Shown here: positions 19,706-28,204 of the stretch, one piece after another
Numbering within the stretch: position 1 is the stretch's first letter
Layout: each line of letters starts with the position of its first letter
Sequence record: DRR723986_7414
Strand: one strand, 5' to 3'
DNA: 46,509 nucleotides
Program-made: the position numbers and the translations under genes
Notes under the pieces: generated by a model
The model's database searches: none
What the model was told of the DNA's origin: nothing
The model's input: only the letters and a program-made list of their open reading frames with translations

Positions 19706-19814
19706 TGAATTCCACTGTATTGGTACTGACGCCAAACTGGCGACAGGCGCTGCAAGTGAGCGCGTATATATCGGCTAACTTTAACACTTTTGAAACGTGT
19801 TAGAAGCCCCCAAA

Positions 19815-19836
19815 GCGCCCCGACCAAACGAGGCGC
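19815..19836 (-). terminator. Probable terminator after the ardB-like gene
   Basis: Minus strand GCGCCTCG-TTTGGT-CGGGGCGC-TTT. Confidence 0.55.
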
Positions 19837-19849
19837 ACGGTACCTTGAT

Positions 19850-20272
19850 CTAATCGATTGCACTGAAGATCAGGGCAGCCTCTGCATGGTTCGCCGCATA
19901 ATCTCGTAGCCAATGATAAAGGTCCGCGATTTCATTGCGTCGAACCTCCCAGACCAGCTGATTCAATGCGAACAGCGTCACTACAATGCCGGCGGCGTCT
20001 GCAGAAAGCTCTCCTTCAAAACCGTTGCCAGCCACGCAGAGCTTGTAACGGGGCAAAGAGGTGGGCGCCATGTAAAAGCCACCATTGCTGAGGCGATACA
20101 TGTCCCAATAAGCACCATCGTATTCTTCAGCCAAACGGCCCATCCAACCATACACATAGGCTTCAAAATGCATCATGTGTTGGTCAAACAGCTCAGGCAG
20201 TACCCGCAGCCTTTGTGATTCATTCAACGTGGTTGCAGTAATCGATTCCCGCTCATTGATGTGGTTATTCAT
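19850..20272 (-). CDS. ardB: Antirestriction protein, ArdB/KlcA family
   Basis: R...LP.LF....FE..VY.WM..L...Y.G.YW....LSNGGFYMAP, LSADAAGIVVTLFAL, LRDYA..H.EA..I..AID; GGAG before ATG 20272. Confidence 0.92.
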   Translation of the reverse strand: MNNHINERESITATTLNESQRLRVLPELFDQHMMHFEAYVYGWMGRLAEEYDGAYWDMYRLSNGGFYMAPTSLPRYKLCVAGNGFEGELSADAAGIVVTLFALNQLVWEVRRNEIADLYHWLRDYAANHAEAALIFSAID

Positions 20273-20600
20273 GCTCGTTCTCCACATAGTTCCAGATCGC
20301 CTCAATACACGCCCGGTCCAGATGACAAACCTCACACTCGGCCAAATCCACAGCTTCGCCCCAGGTCCAGAAACCCGAACCCTCCAGTTCATGCGCCACA
20401 AAGGTCTCCAAAAAGAACTGCATGGCGGCCTGTTCACTACTGTCGTCACCAGTGGCCAGCGTCTCCCTCAGCTCCTTGGCCACAAGGAACTTTCGTTGTT
20501 GAAAATTTGCTCTTGGGTGAGCCTCGGGGGGTACGGGGGGAACGCCCGTGTTGTGATTGCTGAAGTGCGCAGGTGGGTCAATTAATTTAGCCATGGTCAT
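20265..20600 (-). CDS. Hypothetical acidic protein, 111 aa
   Basis: AGAGGA RBS before ATG; stop overlaps the ardB start; about 19 D/E versus 7 K/R. Confidence 0.7.
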   Translation of the reverse strand: MTMAKLIDPPAHFSNHNTGVPPVPPEAHPRANFQQRKFLVAKELRETLATGDDSSEQAAMQFFLETFVAHELEGSGFWTWGEAVDLAECEVCHLDRACIEAIWNYVENEHE

Positions 20601-20639
20601 GTCCTCTTTGCTGGTGAATGTTTGCTCTTCGGAGCCGCC

Positions 20640-20830
20640 TCAGAGAACAAAGAGACCAGACAGGAGAGGGCACAAGATCGCGCGCGCAAGCCGCAGTCCG
20701 AGCAAAGAGAAACGCAGCGAGGAACCGGGTGAGCACGGGCCACAAGGGCAATCTTGTGCACACGACTGTTTGGGCTAAGGTTCGAGGAAGTAGGGCGGTC
20801 CGACAGGAAACTGCTTCACCCGGGAGCGGA
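20640..20830 (-). promoter_or_regulatory. Long-range stem-loop upstream of the ardB operon, candidate ssDNA (Frpo-like) promoter
   Basis: GCACAAGAT (20670) / ATCTTGTGC (20751) and CCAGACAG (20656) / CTGTTTGG (20766) nested inverted repeats. Confidence 0.45.
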
Positions 20831-21393
20831 AATGGCGCTAAGTAACCAGAATCCTAAAAACTTGGCAAAGAATTGGCGGGCAACATGACAGCCACAATAA
20901 AGCGGCGAAAGCCGGAACCTTGACTTTGATCGATACTTACACAATCGGACATCAACAAATCTATAGATTGGGTGTTGATATTGAAGTCATAGCCATTTCT
21001 CAGAGGTTTCACACATCCAGAGCAGCCAAGGTTCAACAAATAGTCAATCATTCCGTTCAGCCCCACAACATCTGAATCTTCTGCTGGATAAAACGCTGAA
21101 TTCGAAGAATAGAAGGCCTCGAGACAAGCCAATAAAAATTTCGGCAACAGATATTGCAAGTACGAGGTAGAAGAGTAATATTACGTATTAATAGTAAACA
21201 TGTCGCGGATTAAAAGTTATATGGCTGTGGCTTGGTTACATTTTTATTGTGCGGCTTGAACAACTATTCCACACGTTTACTTGCGTCTTCTTCTCTACAA
21301 GAAGATGGACTTCAAGATGCATGGCCGACGTAAGTAGCACCGATCAAAAGATTGCGATTAAAGAGCTAACCAATTACGTCAGGAGCCTATCGT

Positions 21394-22992
21394 ATGAAGA
21401 TCAGTCGTTCGGGACTTTTCACAAGCCTTTTCCTCATCGCTCTGCTTTGGAATCCGAGTTCTGCCCACGCTGGATTGTTTGATGCATTACGGTCAGTTGG
21501 CGAAACGATCTCTAAAATCACCGGCTCCCACATTGAGGAGTTCAAAACACTCGTCGAATCACAAGAAATCGAGAAAGCTGCTGCCCTTTATGCGAGAGAA
21601 AAAGACTATTTCGCTGGCTTAAAAGACGACAGTCGCATTTACGTCGACGGTGTTCTCGCCCAGAGAGATCAGCGTTACCGCGCAGAGCTTGGAGAGGCCA
21701 GAGCAAGTCTTGTCCTGGCGATGCGTGAACACAGTCAACTGCTGCGTTGGCAACAACTCAAGACCGCTATTCCTGAGGCGCAGTCAGTAAAAAATCGGGT
21801 GGAGAAACTTGTTGCACCCGGCCCACTCATGACCGAAGGATTGGGCTCTTTGCAATCAACCTTGGATGGCATAACTCAGGCGTTACAAAAAGAGGGACCA
21901 AAGTCGTTGTTGGCCTATGGACTTTTTACCGAGCCATCCTTTTCTGAAAAGTACCCGCTTGACCTGCGATGGGCAGACCACTCCGAGTATTACGGATCGA
22001 TCCGAAAACAACTTGAAAACGCCAGCTTGCGCCAACTGGAGATATTCAAAAAGTCCTATGCCAACACACTGATTCCCGCGATGGGAATTGGGACACAATT
22101 AAACGAAATGTATATATCTGCTCGCTTGCGTGAATCAAGAGCAAAGTCCTATCTTGCAAAACGACTGGTGCGAGAGCGACTGGCAAAGGAAGGCTGGGGA
22201 TCGACATCCGGAGAAACCAACAGAGTATTATTGGCGATATGGCCCATACCGCAAAGCGTAACGAGTAATTACAAGGTCCGAGTCCCGAACACCGTTCGAC
22301 ATCAAATGCTTTCTAGCAATCTGACTCCAACAGAATTTATTGCTTCCGGCAACGTCGGAGCACACGAATTGGTGGTGTTCCTGAGACATGAGCCTATCAA
22401 GACGGAACAGGTCGTCAGCAACGAGCAAAAAGTCAATTCCAAATACAAAACTGGTACTCGACGTTTGCAGAATCCAGAGTTCGCTCGAGCCCAGCAAGCG
22501 CTAAGGACGGCACAAACTGAATTGCAATCAATCCGTCAAACGATCTCAAACTCTTCCGCCAACAATGCAAGCGGAACATTGGGCGCACTTGCAGCATTAG
22601 TCAGTGTAGCTACCGAATCTGCTGCTGAGGACAATGTAGACAATGCTCAACGCAAGTTACAAGAAACACCCCAATTCATTGACGAGCCGGTGCTTGTTCC
22701 TTATACCTTTACAACAAAAAATCTGAACGTCAAACAATCGGTCATCACGAACTACGCGATCTATGACGTCGAAATCAACAAGGTTTTCACGGGGGCAATT
22801 GAAAGGACCTGGACAAAATCATTTACTGTCGGAGACCAGGTACGTGGTGATGACCCCACTACGGCTGCATCTTCATTAATGAAATCAACCAAAGAAGCTG
22901 AAAATTGGATCAATTCATCGCTCGATGACAGCTATGATGAAATTTGGAGAACTGTATTTTCCGACTATACGAAAAACAGTTTAGGAATTTAA
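21394..22992 (+). CDS. Hypothetical secreted protein, 532 aa
   Basis: Sec signal peptide ending SAHA-G; coiled coils and a hydrophobic GTLGALAALVSVA segment; GGAG RBS. Confidence 0.8.
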   Translation: MKISRSGLFTSLFLIALLWNPSSAHAGLFDALRSVGETISKITGSHIEEFKTLVESQEIEKAAALYAREKDYFAGLKDDSRIYVDGVLAQRDQRYRAELGEARASLVLAMREHSQLLRWQQLKTAIPEAQSVKNRVEKLVAPGPLMTEGLGSLQSTLDGITQALQKEGPKSLLAYGLFTEPSFSEKYPLDLRWADHSEYYGSIRKQLENASLRQLEIFKKSYANTLIPAMGIGTQLNEMYISARLRESRAKSYLAKRLVRERLAKEGWGSTSGETNRVLLAIWPIPQSVTSNYKVRVPNTVRHQMLSSNLTPTEFIASGNVGAHELVVFLRHEPIKTEQVVSNEQKVNSKYKTGTRRLQNPEFARAQQALRTAQTELQSIRQTISNSSANNASGTLGALAALVSVATESAAEDNVDNAQRKLQETPQFIDEPVLVPYTFTTKNLNVKQSVITNYAIYDVEINKVFTGAIERTWTKSFTVGDQVRGDDPTTAASSLMKSTKEAENWINSSLDDSYDEIWRTVFSDYTKNSLGI

Positions 22993-22994
22993 TC

Positions 22995-24791
22995 ATGAGC
23001 AAATTATTGTCCTGCCTCACAGCAATACTGATCCTGACTTCGATTGCCAGCCAAGTGCGTGCTGAACCAACCTGCGGCAGCGCTACCTCTGCTGACCCAG
23101 TGGTAGCGATGGGCAAAGATGTCTGGCTCAATGGTTACTGCAAAGGATTTCTGCCCTGTCGACAAGTGCTGGAGATATTTACTACTTGTAAAGAAGCCGA
23201 AGATTTTTTATCGCGGCTAGATGCCAAAGAAGGACAACCTTTGTCAGAAGACCAGGTGGCTGACGCATTGGTCGGAACAAAAGGAACTAGTACAAATATT
23301 TCGGCATGTGTCTGGAACTTTGACGCTCAGAAATGTAAACAGTATCTCGGAGTTGGTGAAGGCAGCAGCGAAAAAACCCAACAAACGACGCTATCAGGTT
23401 CCCCATCAACTGCATCAATAGAAGCTAAGAAAAGGGCCATGAGTCAGAGCGCCGCACTAGATGCAAGACAACGGGTGCTTAACATGGATTCAAATGCACA
23501 CAGCGCTCTTGGAGTAATCGAACGGACTTGCCGTGCAGGTGGCAATGAATGCAAAAAAACACTTAACGACTTAGTTACACCGGTCATTCGAGCAACAGAA
23601 GAGATCAATACAAGTGTTGATCACCTTGCACATTTTCCACCGTATTCACCCACATCTGTTGAATACGCGAATCGTCTCGGATGGACCAAGAGTAAAGAGC
23701 AATGGCTCTTTAATAGTGAACCAAATGGGGTAGTTCGCACGACGCTTGGTCTCTACCTCTTGAATAGTGACGAATGCAAGAAACTTTACGCTCGTCTCGA
23801 TAAAGAGATTAAGTCAAAGCCTGAAGAGGAGCCAGTCGAACTTAGTTTTTTCGAAACTGAGTGCCTACAGCAAATGCCAGATTATCAAGCATCTGTTACT
23901 AGATGGCGTCAAGGTTTCGGCAAAACGACTGCGAAACTTGCGTCGTCCAGCACCTCTAAAATGCCCCTCGATCCAAAGATTAAGAATGATTTAAGTCAAT
24001 GGGACGGAGAATTACGACAAGCCGAAGCGGTGCGGACAAAAGCTAGGCAAGAAGAGGAGTTACGAATTGCACAGCAAAGAAAGCGAGAAGAAGAGAAAAA
24101 GTTGAGTGAAGCTGTATCAAATCTTTCATCCCCAACTAGTCCGGTTAAAAATGAGGGCAAGAGTTTCGCTTCGATATGCGACAGAAACTCAGCAAAAATT
24201 CAGGATGTAGTAATGAATTCAGGACTTAAGTTTTATTCTTCGGGGTATGGAACGTATTTAATGAACAAACTGACAGTGGAACGCGAAGGACGGTGCAATA
24301 ACCTCTCGCCTACCCTGAAAGGGCATCTTGAACGCGCGCGCGACAATATAAAGCTATACGAGCAAAAATGTGGGGGTCAAATTACCAATGATTCCGAATG
24401 CCGGTATTCGCAGGATGATGAGCGATTTATTGCTCTTTTAACTGAAGAGAGCAGGAAATCTATCAATGACCCCAATTATTCATCGTCGTATGGGGTGGTG
24501 AGCGGAAACAATAAATCCTCCACACCGACAACTGGCAAACCCTCAGGTGAATGCCTTGAAAAAGAACGTCAAATCAAAAATACAAATATCCCATCGAATG
24601 CAACAGTAACTTCTAGCACTGAAACCGTCATGTTTATCACGAAAACAAACATAGAAATGATTGATGCAGGATGCCCGGGCACAGACAGAAACAGTCGCGC
24701 GGACCTACTTAAGGCCTTCAATTCGGCGGAGCAAGCGTGCAACGCAGTTCAGTCAGGTGGTCGACGTTGCTCCGCAAATAAACATCACTGA
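22995..24791 (+). CDS. Hypothetical secreted cysteine-rich protein, ~598 aa
   Basis: Signal peptide MSKLL...QVRA-E; 18 Cys in the mature part; central coiled coil; 2 bp after the previous stop. Confidence 0.8.
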   Translation: MSKLLSCLTAILILTSIASQVRAEPTCGSATSADPVVAMGKDVWLNGYCKGFLPCRQVLEIFTTCKEAEDFLSRLDAKEGQPLSEDQVADALVGTKGTSTNISACVWNFDAQKCKQYLGVGEGSSEKTQQTTLSGSPSTASIEAKKRAMSQSAALDARQRVLNMDSNAHSALGVIERTCRAGGNECKKTLNDLVTPVIRATEEINTSVDHLAHFPPYSPTSVEYANRLGWTKSKEQWLFNSEPNGVVRTTLGLYLLNSDECKKLYARLDKEIKSKPEEEPVELSFFETECLQQMPDYQASVTRWRQGFGKTTAKLASSSTSKMPLDPKIKNDLSQWDGELRQAEAVRTKARQEEELRIAQQRKREEEKKLSEAVSNLSSPTSPVKNEGKSFASICDRNSAKIQDVVMNSGLKFYSSGYGTYLMNKLTVEREGRCNNLSPTLKGHLERARDNIKLYEQKCGGQITNDSECRYSQDDERFIALLTEESRKSINDPNYSSSYGVVSGNNKSSTPTTGKPSGECLEKERQIKNTNIPSNATVTSSTETVMFITKTNIEMIDAGCPGTDRNSRADLLKAFNSAEQACNAVQSGGRRCSANKHH

Positions 24792-25093
24792 CACTGCTTA
24801 ATGAATTGTAAAAATCCCATTTGCGAATAGACGAGGTCGCTCTCAGCGACTCTATGCGTCATTGCAGTGACTTTACGTCAGCAGTGAAAAGGCATTAATG
24901 GACCGTGAATGGCAATCTATTTAAATGAACTCTAACGATGAAGAAAATTAAGCCAAATTCAGCAGAACTAGGTGTTCTACAAATCTGCGTAGTCAGAACG
25001 AACCAAGATTGATGAATGGGCACTCACTGGGAGCTTTAAGGAAAAGCGTTGAACGTAGGACTTCTGGAGGCGATAGCTAAGCGTCGAGACGAT

Positions 25094-25275
25094 CCGTGTC
25101 CACACGGTTCGTCAACAAGCTGCGAACCCTGCAAAGCAGGGCAGGGGACATGACCGCCAGGTGATGTCCCCTGGCAGCCAAAGACAAGGGATTGAAGCCC
25201 GAATGGGTCGAGACAGGCCCATAGGGTTAGGCTCGACGCGCAGCGCGAAAGCCCGGCCCCTCAGGGTGGCCCCAA
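25094..25275. other. GC-rich multi-hairpin non-coding element (ssi-like)
   Basis: CCGTGT/ACACGG, GGTTCG/CGAACC, CCCTGC/GCAGGG and CAGGGGACAT/ATGTCCCCTG stems in tandem. Confidence 0.5.
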
Positions 25276-25328
25276 AGCCCTTACACTTTCAGACCAACCC
25301 AACGACTCTCAACCATTGCCCAGCCCCA

Positions 25329-25724
25329 TCAGATCCTCTGAAACGCCCGGCAGAAATCAACATCACTCGCATTAAAGCGAACATGACTGGTTCGACTTAA
25401 AACCATCTGTGAGTTCTCAAAAGCCCGAACCACATATCCAAAACCTTTGTCATGAACAAAGTAGACCACATAGTCCACCAAAGACCCTTGCCACTTGTTT
25501 TGCACCACCTGGTTGCAATCTGCCTTCACCAATGTTTTGACTTGGATGCGATAAAAGTTAGGGCCGTTCGAAACCACCAAATCAGTCTTATGGCCATGAT
25601 CTGATTTTGGATAAAAGACCTGCCAACCGCTTTTCAACAGCCAAGAGCCGACTTGATCTTCAAATGAAACATTACGCTGATACTGCAGGGTGCCCTCAGG
25701 GGGCAAGATGTGGAGTTTAGGCAT
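25329..25724 (-). CDS. Small PD-(D/E)XK endonuclease (group I intron-associated/PDDEXK_5-like)
   Basis: E..V...L...GWQVFYP.SD...KTDLVV....FYRIQVKT. Confidence 0.75.
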   Translation of the reverse strand: MPKLHILPPEGTLQYQRNVSFEDQVGSWLLKSGWQVFYPKSDHGHKTDLVVSNGPNFYRIQVKTLVKADCNQVVQNKWQGSLVDYVVYFVHDKGFGYVVRAFENSQMVLSRTSHVRFNASDVDFCRAFQRI

Positions 25725-26137
25725 TTAAAAGCTCACTGAAATTGCATGATTCAGACCCAAAAAGGGTCCACCAAAAAGCAATTGCAATGCGCCTTAAAAG
25801 TACACACGCCAGCCACGACTTTCGTCGACGAAGTGTTCCAACAAGAATCACTTCAACAAAGGCTTGGGATCAGGTTTGAAAAAACCGCAATTAACCAAAA
25901 CAATACTGAACAAACCAGCCCAACGAAACCCCCAACAAGAGGGGGTTATGACGCGCCTGCTACTCAATTCAGCCTCTGAAGCTTCGCTTGCAATGGGAAT
26001 ATCCCTGTATGACCTAGATGTTCAACATCTAATCTCAGCCCCCCAATTAAGGCATGGAGTGGGGAGAATGGCTAAAAAACAACCTCAAGATTGCGCAATT
26101 AATCTCAAACAATCGCAAATAGCAGCAAAAAAGCCTT

Positions 26138-26184
26138 ACACCACATAATGTGCTTGACCAAATTAAAAACACAACATATTGTGT
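26138..26184 (+). promoter_or_regulatory. CBASS sigma70 promoter with tandem NrdR-box-like operators
   Basis: -35 TTGACC (26154), 17 bp spacer, -10 TATTGT (26177); boxes ACACCACATAATGTGC (26138) and ACACAACATATTGTGT (26169). Confidence 0.7.
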
Positions 26185-26215
26185 AAATGTAGTTTTAAAT
26201 GACTAGGAGAGAATC

Positions 26216-26392
26216 ATGGCCACAAATCCACCCAAAGGCGATGGTCATCGCAATGGAGCGGTCAAAGAGCGATCTCAAACCCAAACCCCTGCCGGCAACT
26301 GGGTTAAGCGTAACAAGACCAACGGTCAATTCATGAATGTCAAAACATCTGACAAAAAGCCATTCAAAGGCGTTCGAAAAGAGAAGTCATGA
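26216..26392 (+). CDS. 58-aa basic protein, first gene of the CBASS operon (not in the ORF track)
   Basis: AGGAGA RBS; MATNPPKGDGHRNGAVKERSQTQTPAGNWVKRNKTNGQFMNVKTSDKKPFKGVRKEKS; ATGA overlap with cap15. Confidence 0.85.
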   Translation: MATNPPKGDGHRNGAVKERSQTQTPAGNWVKRNKTNGQFMNVKTSDKKPFKGVRKEKS

Positions 26393-26991
26393 TGCATGAC
26401 TATGCGATCTTTGGTCACAACCGGAGTTCAATAGGACGCTGGCTTGGTGTTGTATCAATCGTCATCACTGGATCCGTGACCAGCTTGTTAATTAGGCTGG
26501 GTGAAGTAACTAATCTTCAGCAATTCTCGACTGCGGTTTTGACCCCAGCACTTGCCTATTTTTGTCTCCACTACATTTTTAACAAATGGGCTTGGAAAAT
26601 CCCAATCTTCAAAATCCCTGATCTCAGTGGAGTGTGGAAAGTAGACGGAAAAACCTTGAATGAAGACGGATCTATCAGGTACCCGTGGATTGCTGAGATC
26701 GATATTGAACAAACTTGGGAAAAGATCAGCGTTAATCTGAAAACTACGCAAAGCAAAAGTCATAGCTACACTGCAACCTTGACTAAAAACTCTGGAACAA
26801 ATGGCGGTTGGACACTGCACTACAGTTACTCCAACAACCCAAATCCTGATCAATACCACGAGCTAAATTCCCACAAAGGGTATTGCGAACTAAATTTCTC
26901 CAAAAATCTTGAAGCTGCGGAAGGGTCTTACTTCAACAGCAACGGGCGAAGAACTTTCGGGCAGATGTTTTTGTATAAGGAGTCAGCATGA
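26389..26991 (+). CDS. cap15: CBASS Cap15 effector (2TM + beta-barrel)
   Basis: Two TMs then PDLSGVW, IEQTW..ISV.L.T..SKS.S, HKG, G.YF...R.TFG; adjacent to a CD-NTase. Confidence 0.85.
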   Translation: MMHDYAIFGHNRSSIGRWLGVVSIVITGSVTSLLIRLGEVTNLQQFSTAVLTPALAYFCLHYIFNKWAWKIPIFKIPDLSGVWKVDGKTLNEDGSIRYPWIAEIDIEQTWEKISVNLKTTQSKSHSYTATLTKNSGTNGGWTLHYSYSNNPNPDQYHELNSHKGYCELNFSKNLEAAEGSYFNSNGRRTFGQMFLYKESA

Positions 26992-28094
26992 TTAATTTCG
27001 AAGATCGCCTGTCAAAGCTTAAAGACCGCAGACAAGGTACTGCAGAAAGGTACCTTGTCGAAAAACAACTCAAGACCTGGGGTGATGCTAGGCCTGTTGA
27101 AGACCATGAACGTATCAAGGAAGGTGCAGCAATAAAATACGTGATTGGCTCAATGGCCGCAGTAAGTCCGGAATCTACTGAAATTTCAATTGCGGAGGGG
27201 AAGAGGGTAGCTTCAAACTTAATTTCGCGACTGCAATCAGCAGGAATCTCAACTGAAATGCGACTCCAAGGTTCAGTGGCCTTGAACATCCATATTGAGG
27301 GTCATTCAGACGTTGATATGCTGATATTGAAAACCGACTTTATTACGGTCGCCTCCCCCGTGGTTGATTCAAGCAAATACATATTCGACACTTCCGGTAG
27401 ATCAATGATCGATGCATTGAAAGAGCTTAGAGATGAATCTGAGGAAAAACTCTCAAACGCATTTTATAAGGCTACCGTTGACGTCTCAAAAGGGAAATGT
27501 ATTTCTTTAAGTGATGGCAGCTTGCAAAGAAAGGTTGATATCGTACCCGCCTCATGGCATGACACTCTCGATTACCAAAGAAACTGTCAAGAGCACTTTC
27601 GAGCGGTAAATGTTTACGACAAAAAAGAGCATAAACTCCACGAAAACAAGCCTTTTCTTCACATTCTAAGGATCAATGACCGGGACGCTTGGTACAGCGG
27701 CAACCTGAAAAAGGTGATCAGGCTAATGAAGAACGTCATTGCCGATATGCCCGAATACAAGAAAACAAAGGTCGAAAAACTCTCCAGTTACGACATCGCT
27801 GGAATCGCCTATGCCATGGATGAAAGACTTGCTTGTAGCGTACTGTTTCCACTGACACTTCTGGATAATCTGCGAAACTTCTTGATGTTTCTAGTCGCTA
27901 TAAATGATCGTAGAAACCTTGTGTATGTGCCAGATGGTACGAGAAAAGTTTTTGATTCACCAGAGAAAAACCAAGCGCTTTTGATTCTTTATTCAGAAAT
28001 TTCAGCTCTTGCGGAGGCTGTACAAAGAGCCATCAATCCGTACAAATTTGACTATGACGGGTCCGTTCTGGCAAACCGGATGGTAGTGGCCTAA
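26988..28094 (+). CDS. cGAS/DncV-like nucleotidyltransferase (CD-NTase), type I CBASS
   Basis: RLQGSV....HI...SDVDML (GS..DxD), KVDIVPA, N.PFLHI, LKKVIRLMKN, LSSYDI. Confidence 0.9.
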   Translation: MINFEDRLSKLKDRRQGTAERYLVEKQLKTWGDARPVEDHERIKEGAAIKYVIGSMAAVSPESTEISIAEGKRVASNLISRLQSAGISTEMRLQGSVALNIHIEGHSDVDMLILKTDFITVASPVVDSSKYIFDTSGRSMIDALKELRDESEEKLSNAFYKATVDVSKGKCISLSDGSLQRKVDIVPASWHDTLDYQRNCQEHFRAVNVYDKKEHKLHENKPFLHILRINDRDAWYSGNLKKVIRLMKNVIADMPEYKKTKVEKLSSYDIAGIAYAMDERLACSVLFPLTLLDNLRNFLMFLVAINDRRNLVYVPDGTRKVFDSPEKNQALLILYSEISALAEAVQRAINPYKFDYDGSVLANRMVVA

Positions 28095-28204
28095 GTGGAG
28101 AAAAAGTCCACTCACAGATGCCCAGTGTCACCTGCGCAAGACATCTGTAAAGTGGTTGACTTTGATCAGGTAAACATACCGAGACGATGAAAGACTTAAT
28201 TTTA

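Noticed and set aside
20273-20449. N-terminal extension of the ArdB ORF
   Set aside because: Overlaps the 111-aa gene in another frame; the RBS and family length favour ATG 20272.
20854-21159. 101-aa minus-strand ORF
   Set aside because: TTG start without an RBS; at most a gene fragment, and no product can be supported.
25746-26148. Two short overlapping ORFs upstream of CBASS as a regulator (CapH/CapW-like)
   Set aside because: No HTH, WYL or peptidase motifs and no convincing RBS.
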